Both the position numbers and the translations under genes were made by a program. 64,000 nucleotides of DNA from Candidatus Thorarchaeota archaeon (lineage in GTDB: Archaea; Asgardarchaeota; Thorarchaeia; Thorarchaeales; Thorarchaeaceae), in the NCBI GenBank assembly GCA_016839605.1, contig JAEOTX010000039.1, positions 32,001 to 96,000 of the forward strand, in the 5' to 3' direction. Numbering within the stretch: the stretch's first letter is position 1; every line of letters starts with the position of its first letter. Positions 1 through 9,837 of the stretch are shown here, piece by piece. The notes below the pieces were generated by a model, which ran no database searches, was not told the DNA's origin, and saw nothing but the letters and a program-made list of their open reading frames with translations.

Positions 1-21
1 GTAGCTCGAATGGCCTCAATC

Positions 22-966
22 CTATTTAGGCGACCATACTCCCTTGTCATCTGTCCTGACTAAGCCAGCTCTCTGGAAACCCTGAAGCACGGCCGTGATT
101 GTTGTGACTAGCAGAAATTCGTAGCTCTGTGGGACAGGTATGCTTCGTGACTGCCTGATATCAAAGACCAGTTGCTCAACATCTGCTTCATTCCTGGCTT
201 CGAGATGCTGAAGAATGCTGTCTTGAAAATGAATGACACCATCTCCGACTTGTTCAATAAGAAGACGGACGTCTTCAAAGAGATGAGGAATATCATGAGC
301 TGGAAGAAGGTAATCAGCTCCAAGCGACTTCATTGTCGACAAGGCGGTGCTTCTTGCAGACATACTCCCGCTTAGATCCAGGTAGAACTTCCGGGGATCA
401 TTAGGAAAGTTGCTAGCTTCATCTCCTGTAAACAGAACCTTGTTTGCTCTGTCATGGAATACACAATGCCCTGCACTATGGCCTCCTGTATGAATTACAT
501 GCAGAGTGACATCTCCTACATTTACAGTGTTACCATCACGGAGCAGCCTGAAAGGTTCTACACCCTTATAATTCACTCTAAGAGGTCCCCTGTCGACCTT
601 CATTGTCATCCGCTCCGCGACATCAAGAAACATCCGCTCTTTCAGAAAGAGCTGAGGGTCTTCAAGAATGGGACCATCCTTTTCACCTATGAGCACGGGT
701 GCGCCTGTAGTTTTCTTTAATCTATGTGCGCCTCCAACATGATCTGGATGGCCGTGAGTACAGAGGATGCCTACGACATCACCAGGACCAAGACCTATGT
801 CGCGAAGGAGTTGAATAATGTTATCTCCGGGATCTCCCGCAGTTCCAGGATCGATTACCAGTGCACTCTCGTCGCTCACCACAACGTACGATGAGATGAA
901 ACCGAACTCGTCTGCGAATTTTCCCCTAATCATGTAGACTCCCGGAATGATCTCTGAGGCTGCCAT
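22..966 (-). CDS. MBL-fold metallo-hydrolase (glyoxalase II-like) with C-terminal winged-helix-like extension
   Basis: THGHPDHVGG (HxHxDH), GHSAGH, FTGD and PAH motifs. Confidence 0.9.
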   Translation of the reverse strand: MAASEIIPGVYMIRGKFADEFGFISSYVVVSDESALVIDPGTAGDPGDNIIQLLRDIGLGPGDVVGILCTHGHPDHVGGAHRLKKTTGAPVLIGEKDGPILEDPQLFLKERMFLDVAERMTMKVDRGPLRVNYKGVEPFRLLRDGNTVNVGDVTLHVIHTGGHSAGHCVFHDRANKVLFTGDEASNFPNDPRKFYLDLSGSMSARSTALSTMKSLGADYLLPAHDIPHLFEDVRLLIEQVGDGVIHFQDSILQHLEARNEADVEQLVFDIRQSRSIPVPQSYEFLLVTTITAVLQGFQRAGLVRTDDKGVWSPK

Positions 967-1081
967 CGTTGTGGTGGTAAAGGGACCATTCCTTATGATG
1001 ATATCGTAGGTCAGTGACGCTTATCAGCCGAAGTGTTGAGGCTATCATCAATGTAAACGAACTACTTGAGGAACCTACTCA

Positions 1082-1534
1082 ATGAAAGGAGTCTATGCGC
1101 TTGTCATCTTCATTCCAGATGACATTGATGTACGAATTGGTGCGCTTGGAACACAAAGGTTCGAAGCAAGCATATGGGTCTATGTCGGATCAGCATTTGG
1201 GAATGGATCAACCAGTCTTGAACATCGCATACGAAGACACTTCTCTCAGGAGAAGAAGATACATTGGCACATTGACCTGCTAATGGAGGTCACCGGACCA
1301 CCTACCCGCGTTATTTGGTCGGAATCTGATAGGAAGAGAGAATGCGAGATTGCCAATAAGCTGGGACAACATGCAGATTTCATTGAGGGGCCTAAAGGAT
1401 TTGGTTCGTCTGACTGCAAAGCAAAATGCGGAACTCATCTTTTCAGACATAATGGAAGGAATACATTGATGGCTATGGAGCAGCTGTTTGAAGAGATAGG
1501 TCTTGAGCCTCGGTCATTAGAGGACTTGTCCTGA
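1082..1534 (+). CDS. GIY-YIG nuclease family protein (DUF123-like)
   Basis: KGVYAL...YVGSA...RIRRH...HWHID...EC...GFGSSDC..C.THL pattern. Confidence 0.85.
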   Translation: MKGVYALVIFIPDDIDVRIGALGTQRFEASIWVYVGSAFGNGSTSLEHRIRRHFSQEKKIHWHIDLLMEVTGPPTRVIWSESDRKRECEIANKLGQHADFIEGPKGFGSSDCKAKCGTHLFRHNGRNTLMAMEQLFEEIGLEPRSLEDLS

Positions 1535-1608
1535 GGGTGAAGCATTACACAGGTGGCAAGTGTTAAATGGCTCAAACATGATGGACAGTATCCACTGGAG
1601 GAAATGCC

Positions 1609-1821
1609 TTGCCAAACTGGAAGGAAATATTCACAAACCTCAATGAAACCCAGCAGACCTTCACAGTGTATCTGCGCTACACACAGAAAGATACACTGGC
1701 GAAGATTCTGAACGTTCGAGTCTTTGAAGTCCATGATGACTACGTGAAGCTAGAGAATCCTAGCGGGTTTGGAATCCTTGCCTACGAGGATGTACTCTAC
1801 ATCGTGATACCAAAAACCTAG
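1609..1821 (+). CDS. small beta-rich hypothetical protein (possible Sm-like fold)
   Basis: 70 aa ORF; TTG start after GGAGG; fills the gap between neighbours. Confidence 0.65.
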   Translation: MPNWKEIFTNLNETQQTFTVYLRYTQKDTLAKILNVRVFEVHDDYVKLENPSGFGILAYEDVLYIVIPKT

Positions 1822-1911
1822 GCCATTGTGGCGGAGCATAAATCCATATACGGTGAACCTTTTTAACAACGCAATTCAGAGAAGGTTCAGACAAGAAGTA
1901 TCGTCTGATAG

Positions 1912-2883
1912 GTGACAATTCCTATGTCAGCTCCAGTATTCATCCCAATAGAAGGAGAGCGTGTTGTAGCACAAGCTGCGGAGTCCGTAATCAGCAATTA
2001 CAGATTTGCTCAGTTTGATAGAGGCTCCAACACAACTGTCAGTGTTCCACTTCACATTATCAAAGAATACAAGCTCACACCGAGATCTGCTATGTTCAAA
2101 GTTGTGAATGGAATAATCAACGTAATTGGAGCTTTGCCCCAAAGAGAGGAACTGCGCGGTGCGCTGGGGCTTGGAGAGTTCGAGCATCTAAATGCTGGCG
2201 ACCAGAGAAAGCTCTGTGAAGTCTGCGGTGTACCATTCGTTCATCCAGACCACCCGTATAATAGATGGACAAGCACCGGTTACCATCGCAGATTCTCAAG
2301 GCACTTCTACCAGACATTTGCATGGCTAAGAGGAGAGTCTGTCTTCACATATTGGCCAGACGCGTTCATTCTAACTAACTATCGCCTCTACATCTTCGAT
2401 GATAGGAAGAAGAAGATGTACATGTTTCCTCTCCACATGGTAGAAACCTTCGAAGCTCGGAAGAATAGATTGAAGATTAAGGCAACTTCGGGTGAGTTCG
2501 ATATTAGAGGAAAGGTCCCAAGACAAGATCATCTTGTGCAGATGTGGCAGCAAAGAGGCTGGGACGATCTTGCTAAGGACTATCTTGACTGGTTAATCAG
2601 GCCATTCAACTATATCAATCCAAGACATCCACTGTCACAATACACTTACAGTGATTCCGCTTCAGTAGCAACTCAGATTGCACAGGAAACAAAAGAAGAG
2701 GCTCAAGTCAGCTCGGCACAGGCAGGTGCTGCTGGGACAGTCTTTGTCAAACCAATCATTAAGAATCGGTGTGACCATTGCAACGCACCTATGTCGTGGG
2801 AGTCTATTGATTGGACAGGTCCTGATCAATATGCATGTCCAAGCTGTGGCAATACTCATAGAGTGGACTACGTTCGCATGTGA
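1912..2883 (+). CDS. hypothetical protein with PH-like segment and C-terminal zinc ribbon
   Basis: FILTNYRLYIFD...FPLHMVETFE PH-like strands; CDHC...CPSC; additional CEVC. Confidence 0.7.
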   Translation: MTIPMSAPVFIPIEGERVVAQAAESVISNYRFAQFDRGSNTTVSVPLHIIKEYKLTPRSAMFKVVNGIINVIGALPQREELRGALGLGEFEHLNAGDQRKLCEVCGVPFVHPDHPYNRWTSTGYHRRFSRHFYQTFAWLRGESVFTYWPDAFILTNYRLYIFDDRKKKMYMFPLHMVETFEARKNRLKIKATSGEFDIRGKVPRQDHLVQMWQQRGWDDLAKDYLDWLIRPFNYINPRHPLSQYTYSDSASVATQIAQETKEEAQVSSAQAGAAGTVFVKPIIKNRCDHCNAPMSWESIDWTGPDQYACPSCGNTHRVDYVRM

Positions 2884-2894
2884 TGTCAGACCAG

Positions 2895-4787
2895 CTATGG
2901 ATACTTAGCTGTCCACTCCAAGGACAGTCTACGAATGGTCTCATTAGTGGGAAGCCCTGTTTCCAAGTCCCAACCTCTAAGTCTGTAATAGTCATCAAGC
3001 ATCGGTTCTAGGTCCACCACTTGCCCCTTTCCGGGGCCTTCAGGCATCGGTTCGTCAGTGAAACGAGAGGGGAGGTTATCATCCTTACGTGAAATACCTT
3101 CACGCGCATTGAATATCCGTTTTAGATTGACTTGTCTTTCAGCAATCTCAGTGAGAGTGTCTACACTACCAAACTCTTTGACACCAGTTGCCAAAGGCAG
3201 CATGTCGGCAAAGTCCTGCATCCAGAATATCGGTGGCCACGAGACCGAATACCAACAGACAATCAGTGTGTCACGGATACAATAGCTGTTCTCTGACTCA
3301 AAGACAGCATTTGCTTTGTGTTTCTCGGTGTATGGGTCAATAATCTCGGGTAGCTTATCAGCGCCCCAGCGTTCTGCAGCTATGTCTTCATATCCCAGCT
3401 GATCCACGACTACGAGGCTTCTGAGATGATCAGCTCCACGAGCGCCCGTCGCATGCCCTAGACCAATACTCCGATGAGTTCGTCCATCCTGACCTGAAAT
3501 CTCCATCCCTTTCACATGAAGAGCATATTGTTCTGCGCCCTTACCGATCTTTGCTGCAGCCTTTGCACTCCCTTCTGCAAGAATATCGCCAAATCCTTCA
3601 CGTCGCCCCATCATCTCTAGCAGACGGATGGTCATCTCACGATCGCCCCATTCCAGACGAAGTCCACCAGTGTCTTTCTCGTCGATTATTCCGTTTTCAA
3701 ATGCCTCCATGGCAAAACCAATTGTTGCACCAGCCGAAATTATGTCCATTCCATATCTATTGCATACCTGATTGGCCTTGAGCGTAGTTGGATAATCATC
3801 AATGCCAAGAGAGCTGCCAAATGCCATGAGTCCTTCATACTCGGGGCCTTCCTCGAGGGTGCCTGCAAAAAGTCCCTCGCGCACATAGTTCATCTTCTTA
3901 CAGCCAAGACTGCATCCAAAACAGGCTCTGTCAGAGATAGTGTATCGTGGACGAATATAACCTGCTGAAAGCTTTTCCCATCCAGAGAATACCCCAGTTC
4001 TATGATTATACGTGGGTAGTTCTCCTATCTCTTGCTTCACAGCGGTTAGAATCCACGTACCCCAACGGCCCATTTCCTGGGCTTGTGGATTTTCTCTGAC
4101 TCTCTGATGTGCCCTTTTCGCCAATTCAGTAAAACCCTCGTGGTCATGCACCTCTACAGAGCCAGTTCCTCTAATCGCAATGGCTTTTACGTTCTTAGAG
4201 CCTAGAACAGCTCCCATTCCTGTTCTGCCTGCAGCTCTAGCATTATTCACGATGACGGCAGCGAATCGGACTTTGTACTCCCCCGCTGGGCCGATAGCAG
4301 CTACCTGAATTTCAGGGTCCTTGTGCCTATCCTTTATTGCTGCTGTGACATCGTTGGTCGTCATTCCCCAGAGATCACTAGCATCAATAATCTGAAGGTC
4401 ATTGTCTTCTATGAGAATGTACACAGGCTTTTCAGCCGCACCCTCGACGACTAGCATATCATATCCCGCATATTTCAGCTCAGGTCCAAGAAATCCTCCC
4501 ACATGAGATTCACCCCAAATGCCAGTAAGAGCCGCTTTTGACACAAATACAGTCCTGCCACTCATTGGCCATAATGTACCAGTAATGGGACCTGTTGCAA
4601 TCAGGAGCTTGTTCTCAGGACTGAGTGCATCAATCTGTCCAGGTACTTCCTCGTATAAGAGCCGGGCTGCAAAGCCGTCACCTCCAATGTATTCACGAAT
4701 CCATTCTGTAGGGAGCGATTCAGTCCTAAAATCGCCGGCATCAAGAAGCACACGGAGAATCTTACCAGTATAGCCTCCATATTTCAT
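2895..4787 (-). CDS. aor: tungsten-dependent aldehyde:ferredoxin oxidoreductase family protein
   Basis: GYTGKILRV, AGRTGMGAVLGSKNVKAI, CFGCSLGC, EYE, GMD.IS motifs; ATG at 4787 after GGAGAG chosen over the upstream GTG. Confidence 0.93.
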   Translation of the reverse strand: MKYGGYTGKILRVLLDAGDFRTESLPTEWIREYIGGDGFAARLLYEEVPGQIDALSPENKLLIATGPITGTLWPMSGRTVFVSKAALTGIWGESHVGGFLGPELKYAGYDMLVVEGAAEKPVYILIEDNDLQIIDASDLWGMTTNDVTAAIKDRHKDPEIQVAAIGPAGEYKVRFAAVIVNNARAAGRTGMGAVLGSKNVKAIAIRGTGSVEVHDHEGFTELAKRAHQRVRENPQAQEMGRWGTWILTAVKQEIGELPTYNHRTGVFSGWEKLSAGYIRPRYTISDRACFGCSLGCKKMNYVREGLFAGTLEEGPEYEGLMAFGSSLGIDDYPTTLKANQVCNRYGMDIISAGATIGFAMEAFENGIIDEKDTGGLRLEWGDREMTIRLLEMMGRREGFGDILAEGSAKAAAKIGKGAEQYALHVKGMEISGQDGRTHRSIGLGHATGARGADHLRSLVVVDQLGYEDIAAERWGADKLPEIIDPYTEKHKANAVFESENSYCIRDTLIVCWYSVSWPPIFWMQDFADMLPLATGVKEFGSVDTLTEIAERQVNLKRIFNAREGISRKDDNLPSRFTDEPMPEGPGKGQVVDLEPMLDDYYRLRGWDLETGLPTNETIRRLSLEWTAKYP

Positions 4788-4788
4788 T

Positions 4789-5319
4789 TCAGCTCTCTCC
4801 GCTGGCACTAGATGCCTCAGCTGTGCGCTGGATCTCTTTGAGGTAGCTTAGAATCTTGGAGTGGCGGTCAACTGCTTGAACTTTTGATGCAGGACCGTAT
4901 ATTATAGCACCAGTTGGACATACCTTGGCACATTCAGGGTCTCCATCGCAATGATTACACTTGATAATCCTCATGCGTTCGGTATCCAAGAGAATCACCC
5001 CATTGACACATGCACCAACACAAGACTTGCAAAGAATGCATTTGTCCTCCTCGAGGAATGTCATCTTCGAAATAGGATCGCGCCGCATGGCATAGACCGG
5101 ACAGATATCAACACAGGGTGCAGTCTCACATGGACCACAGACGTTGGGAATATCAACGCCAATATCGTCATATTTGATGATCTTGAGCCGTGCTAAGCTA
5201 GGCTGGAATTTGCCTTCGTGTTTTGCGGAGCAAGCCAACTCACACATTCGGCACCCAGTACATTTGGTGAAGTCAACAGATAATTGTGATGTCAGACAGG
5301 CCACCTCAGGAGTCAACAT
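4789..5319 (-). CDS. 4Fe-4S dicluster electron-transfer subunit (DmsB/HybA-like), partner of AOR
   Basis: Four Cys clusters: CTGCRMCELAC, CGPC..APCVDICP, CILCKSCVGAC, KCNHC..PECAKVCP. Confidence 0.92.
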   Translation of the reverse strand: MLTPEVACLTSQLSVDFTKCTGCRMCELACSAKHEGKFQPSLARLKIIKYDDIGVDIPNVCGPCETAPCVDICPVYAMRRDPISKMTFLEEDKCILCKSCVGACVNGVILLDTERMRIIKCNHCDGDPECAKVCPTGAIIYGPASKVQAVDRHSKILSYLKEIQRTAEASSASGES

Positions 5320-5366
5320 GACTGCATAGTAGCGGAAAAAGCTTCCTGATTGACTTTTTGTAACGG

Positions 5367-6434
5367 CTAAACCTCAATTACCCATCCATATGGGTCTTCT
5401 CGCTCTCCTGACTGTATACCAACAATTTCATCATAGAACTTCTGAGTTGTTGGACCAATTCCACCGGCCCCAACAGTATAGGGAGTGTCTTTATAGTGAA
5501 GGGTTCCGATAGGCGCAATTATCGCCGCAGTACCACACCCAAAAATCTCCTTGACTTTCCCATCTTTCAGACCGCTCATTACCTCATCGATTGAAATTCT
5601 ACGCTCTTTTACGTTCAATCCCCAGTCGGATGCGATTTGTAACACTGAGTCGCGTGTGATGCCAGAAAGGATTGTACCACCTAGGGGAGGCGTTGCTATT
5701 TCGTCATCAAACATCACAAAGATGTTCATAGTGCCAACTTCCTCCAAATACTTCCGCTCATGAGCATCAAGCCACAAGACCTGCGAGTAACCTGCACGAT
5801 TAGCTTCTGTCCCAGCCAGCAATCCTGCTGCATAGTTCCCCATTGTCTTTGCAGTTCCTATGCCACCCTGCGCCGCTCTAACATGTCTGTCAGCAATCAT
5901 TATGCTAACTGGGTTGAATCCTTCTTTGAAGTAGGGACCAACAGGACTCAGAATGACATAGTATAGGTACTCCGTGGAGGGTCTGACACCAAGCTTTGGT
6001 TCTACACCAATCAGAGTTGGGCGAATATATAATGAACTTCCGGGCACTTGAGGAACCCAATCACGCTCAATATGGATGAGTTTCTTCAGCGACTGCAAAG
6101 CAAAGTCATTGTCCAGTGTGGGCATCACCATTCGCTCAGCTGACAAGTTCAGCCGCTCGATGTTCTTGTCAGGCCGAAACAGAAACACCCTCTCTCCTCG
6201 TCTATAGGCCTTGAGGCCTTCGAAGACTCCTTGACCATAATGGAGAACCAGAGCTGCCGGGCTGAGCGATAGGGACTGGAAAGCACCAATCATAGGATTT
6301 TTCCATTTTCCGTTTGAGTAATTCATTGAAAACATATGGTCCGTGAACACTGTGCCAAAGGCTACACTCAGAACATCAGCTGGCTTGGATTTGCGTTTCT
6401 CCACTGGAACAAGATCAATCCCCAAATCCATCAT
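5367..6434 (-). CDS. ilvE: branched-chain amino acid aminotransferase
   Basis: FGTVFTDHM, LHYGQGVFEGLKAY, LYIRP, AKTMGNYA, EEVGTMN, ILSGITR, GTAA; start may be 6434 or 6431. Confidence 0.95.
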   Translation of the reverse strand: MMDLGIDLVPVEKRKSKPADVLSVAFGTVFTDHMFSMNYSNGKWKNPMIGAFQSLSLSPAALVLHYGQGVFEGLKAYRRGERVFLFRPDKNIERLNLSAERMVMPTLDNDFALQSLKKLIHIERDWVPQVPGSSLYIRPTLIGVEPKLGVRPSTEYLYYVILSPVGPYFKEGFNPVSIMIADRHVRAAQGGIGTAKTMGNYAAGLLAGTEANRAGYSQVLWLDAHERKYLEEVGTMNIFVMFDDEIATPPLGGTILSGITRDSVLQIASDWGLNVKERRISIDEVMSGLKDGKVKEIFGCGTAAIIAPIGTLHYKDTPYTVGAGGIGPTTQKFYDEIVGIQSGEREDPYGWVIEV

Positions 6435-6522
6435 TGTTCCCTCAATCCATGCTCTATTCAACCTCCTCATAAAGTCTAGGTATTATCCAGATGTGTGAAT
6501 CATTTATTAGTAAAACTCGGAA

Positions 6523-6930
6523 TTGGCCAGTAAGGTGCATCCAATGGGCGAGGATGAGGAGAAACCTAAGAAATCGAAGAAGAAGAAAGCTGACGACTAC
6601 ACGGAGCTTGAATTTGAGCTTGGAGAATTGGAGTTCGAAGCTAAAGGCAAATCGAAAGTAGTAGAGCGTATGTTCTACACACTTCTAGAAAAGCTTGAAA
6701 CTGGAAAGCTGAAAGCTATCACAGCTGCTGTCAAGGAGCTTGAAGACGCTGTAGATATGGAGGAAGAAGAAGAGGAGGAGGAAGAGGAAGAGGAGGAGGA
6801 AGAGGAAACAGAAGAGGAAGAGGAATCCGACTCAGAAAGTGAGCCACCTCCGAAATGGGAATCGCTTGATACTGAAACACCTCCCGAGTCAGAACCTGAG
6901 AAAGAAGCTCGTGAATCAGAATCAGAGTAA
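6523..6930 (+). CDS. acidic low-complexity hypothetical protein
   Basis: Short ordered N-terminal region followed by a poly-Glu tract; start may be the ATG at 6543. Confidence 0.7.
   Translation: MASKVHPMGEDEEKPKKSKKKKADDYTELEFELGELEFEAKGKSKVVERMFYTLLEKLETGKLKAITAAVKELEDAVDMEEEEEEEEEEEEEEEETEEEEESDSESEPPPKWESLDTETPPESEPEKEARESESE
6759..6825 (+). repeat. GAG/GAA low-complexity tract encoding poly-Glu
   Basis: Run of GAG/GAA codons read directly in the sequence. Confidence 0.8.
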
Positions 6931-7004
6931 GGTTGACAGTGCTTAAGAAAATCCTTAAGCCTGATTGAATGATACGTGAAATGCGATTATAGGGAGAACT
7001 GCAA

Positions 7005-7607
7005 ATGAGTCACCATGAGGGAGGACCAGGAGATGAATACTACCTTGACCCCAAGGACGTACTCGCACAATATAGTGTAGAATGGGTTTCACTCCGGAAA
7101 TCCTACAGTGAACTCAACGCTCAGTTAGACCAGGTGAAAGCTGAACTCTCAGATCTTGATAGCAAATTGGAGAAAGGAGAGATAACTGAAGGAGAGCACA
7201 TTCAGGAATATCGAGAGAAGTGGCGTGTATCAACCCAAATGGTCCAAGTCAAGCGAGAAGTAGAAGGCCGACTTTATGAGATACAGAAAGAAATCCGCAC
7301 TGCAAATAGGCAGTTGAAGCAACTCGAAGAAGAAAAGCATCGAAGAGAACGCTTGGAACAAGAAAAAAGCAATGCCATGATTGAGTGGATGTCGCTGAAA
7401 CAGGGCTTTGAGTTAGTGGAACAGAAACGCCGTGAGATTACCGCGGAAATGGACAGGATTGAGGTTCAAAGACGAAAGGGCACCATCTCAGAAGAAGACT
7501 ATAGAAGCCAACGTGTTGAGCAAATCGGCCAACTGGCTCAGTTGATAACTGTTGAGTCGGATGTAAAGAGAAGACTAGCCGAGCTTCTAGAGATAATAAG
7601 AAAATGA
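7005..7607 (+). CDS. coiled-coil protein with internal duplication (KG-I-E-E motifs)
   Basis: Heptad-rich; two repeats EWxSL(R/K)...KG(E/T)I(T/S)E; GGAG upstream. Confidence 0.8.
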   Translation: MSHHEGGPGDEYYLDPKDVLAQYSVEWVSLRKSYSELNAQLDQVKAELSDLDSKLEKGEITEGEHIQEYREKWRVSTQMVQVKREVEGRLYEIQKEIRTANRQLKQLEEEKHRRERLEQEKSNAMIEWMSLKQGFELVEQKRREITAEMDRIEVQRRKGTISEEDYRSQRVEQIGQLAQLITVESDVKRRLAELLEIIRK

Positions 7608-7647
7608 GAAGAGCAGACCCCTGTGGCGGGGCCCGCTAATCTAAGAA

Positions 7648-8994
7648 TTAAGCATAGAATCCTTGAATGATCATTGCATCAGCTACTTTCAGGAAGCCCG
7701 CAATGTTTGCACCGAGGACATAATTGCCTTTGGCACCGAATTTCTCGGAGGTCTTGTATGCATTTTCATGAATGGCAACCATGATGCCATGCAATCTCTT
7801 GTCCACCTCCTCTCGGGTCCAGAAGTATCGCTGACTGTTCTGTGCCATCTCAAGCCCAGATACTGAAACACCGCCCGCGTTGGCAGCCTTTCCGGGACCA
7901 TAGAGCACCTTACCCTCTAGGAAAATCTCAACTGCCTTAGGCACACATGGCATATTAGCGCCCTCACCGACTGCAAGTACGCCATTGTCGACAAGTGCTT
8001 TTGCTTCGTTAGCATCTACTTCGTTTTGAGTTGCACTTGGCAGAGCAATGTCACACTTCAGTTCCCAAGGACTGCCCCCTGCAGTGTAGTCCACCTTGAA
8101 GTGTTCAGCATACTCCTTTATGCGGCCTCTGCGTACGTTCTTTAAATCCATGACCCACGCAAGCTTTTCTCGGTCAATGCCATCCGGGTCATGAATCCAG
8201 CCGCTTGAGTCACTTAGAGCAATGACTTTCGCACCGAGATCAATGCACTTCTCGGTCGCAAATTGAGCAACATTTCCAGAGCCTGAAACGACTGCGGTCT
8301 TGCCCTTCAGATCTTCGCCCTTAGTCTTCAGCATCTCTTCGACGAAGTAAACGGTGCCATATCCAGTTGCTTCAGGCCGAATAAGTGACCCACCATAAGT
8401 GGGACCTTTGCCGGTTAGCACGCAGGTTCCATGGACGTTTGTAGCCTTTCTGTATGCACCGTAGAGGTAGCCAATTTCTCGAGCACCTACGCCGATGTCA
8501 CCAGCGGGGATATCAATGAACTGCCCAATATGCCTGTATAACTCAAGCATGAAACTGGTACAGAAATTCTCCACTTCCGCATCTGTTTTGCCCTTGGGAT
8601 CAAAATCAGAGCCGCCCTTGCCACCACCCATAGGAAGTGTTGTCAAGCTGTTCTTGAAGACCTGCTCAAAACCGAGGAATTTCAAAACACCTTGAGTCAC
8701 CGTGGGGTGGAGCCTAAGCCCGCCTTTGTATGGACCAATGGCACTGTTGAATTGAATCCTGAAGCCCCTATTAACCTGAATCTTGTTATCTCTATCCTTC
8801 CAGGGGATTCGGAACTGGATTATACGCTCCGGCTCGGTAATCCTCTCGAGAATCGAGAATTCCTTATACTTCGGGTATTTCTTTACGGCAGGTTCAAGAG
8901 ATTCCAAGACCTCGAGAACTGCTTGATGAAAGACCTTCTGATGTGGGTCTTTCTCAACGACCTTGTTGTATACACTCTCTATGTAGCTATCCAA
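7648..8994 (-). CDS. gdhA: NADP-specific glutamate dehydrogenase
   Basis: GPYKGGLR, FKNSLT, GGGKGGSDFDPKG, PAGDIGVG, RPEATGYG, GSGNVAQ, GKAANAGGV; TTG start after AGGTGAG. Confidence 0.97.
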   Translation of the reverse strand: MDSYIESVYNKVVEKDPHQKVFHQAVLEVLESLEPAVKKYPKYKEFSILERITEPERIIQFRIPWKDRDNKIQVNRGFRIQFNSAIGPYKGGLRLHPTVTQGVLKFLGFEQVFKNSLTTLPMGGGKGGSDFDPKGKTDAEVENFCTSFMLELYRHIGQFIDIPAGDIGVGAREIGYLYGAYRKATNVHGTCVLTGKGPTYGGSLIRPEATGYGTVYFVEEMLKTKGEDLKGKTAVVSGSGNVAQFATEKCIDLGAKVIALSDSSGWIHDPDGIDREKLAWVMDLKNVRRGRIKEYAEHFKVDYTAGGSPWELKCDIALPSATQNEVDANEAKALVDNGVLAVGEGANMPCVPKAVEIFLEGKVLYGPGKAANAGGVSVSGLEMAQNSQRYFWTREEVDKRLHGIMVAIHENAYKTSEKFGAKGNYVLGANIAGFLKVADAMIIQGFYA

Positions 8995-9168
8995 CAGACC
9001 TCACTCACCTATATTGATTGACGAGGCGGGCCGCGTCATGGCTTCCACATAAATGAATCGGATGTGGCTCAATGTTTCAATAATACTCCATGAGCACAAT
9101 TCATCTGATTTTCTTGCTCAATGTAATGATAAGAACAGTCATTAGCCAAGGGCTATCGTGTGTAAGTC

Positions 9169-9837
9169 ATGGTTGATTTCGAGCAGGAATGGATTTCTCC
9201 GATTCTTGAGGTATACAAGAAGGATGCTCAGATTAATGAAGTGAGTATCATCCTAGGCTTGAATCCGATAGGGCAGTCAATTTGTCGTCGGCTCTATGAA
9301 CATAACACGTTTGAAACTGTTCTTGTCTTCAATTCCCCCTCGTTCTCAACATGGACTAGATATCCGACAGAAATGAAACCTCCTGTTGTTCCAGTCCAAG
9401 CGATGATTTCTGATGACTTGATGCTGATATTTGGTGATGTCATAATACGAGAGTATGAATGGGCAACAGACATGCTGTTCTACCTGCGAGGGAAAGTCCC
9501 AACGAGATTCATCATCGCTCTAATGACACACGATGCAGCAACATGTGGCCAAGTGATGTCATCAAAAGGTAATCGCCTTCTGAAGAGAATAGGAGTCCCT
9601 CTAGGTAAATCCGACTTCTATGATGGTCTGACAGCGCCACTACTAGGCATAGGGCCAGTTGCAGGCCTAGATCCGGTTGTACTGTTTCTGGAGAGATCAG
9701 CTGATACTGATTCTATCCTTCAGGTGGATGACATGACAATCCATCAAGGAGATGTGGAAAAAGGGCTAGCTCTTCTTGACAAAGGACTCGATCTCAATAT
9801 GCCAGGCGTCCCAGGGTATGGGTCCGAATCTAGCTAA
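9169..9837 (+). CDS. hypothetical protein (weak resemblance to PAC2 proteasome-assembly chaperone fold)
   Basis: 222 aa alpha/beta ORF; G...IG...CRRLYE and DGLTAPLLG segments resemble PAC2. Confidence 0.55.
   Translation: MVDFEQEWISPILEVYKKDAQINEVSIILGLNPIGQSICRRLYEHNTFETVLVFNSPSFSTWTRYPTEMKPPVVPVQAMISDDLMLIFGDVIIREYEWATDMLFYLRGKVPTRFIIALMTHDAATCGQVMSSKGNRLLKRIGVPLGKSDFYDGLTAPLLGIGPVAGLDPVVLFLERSADTDSILQVDDMTIHQGDVEKGLALLDKGLDLNMPGVPGYGSESS

Noticed and set aside
1082-1534. GIY-YIG gene as a mobile homing endonuclease
   Set aside because: Matches the stand-alone archaeal DUF123 type; no intron, intein, terminal repeats or transposase
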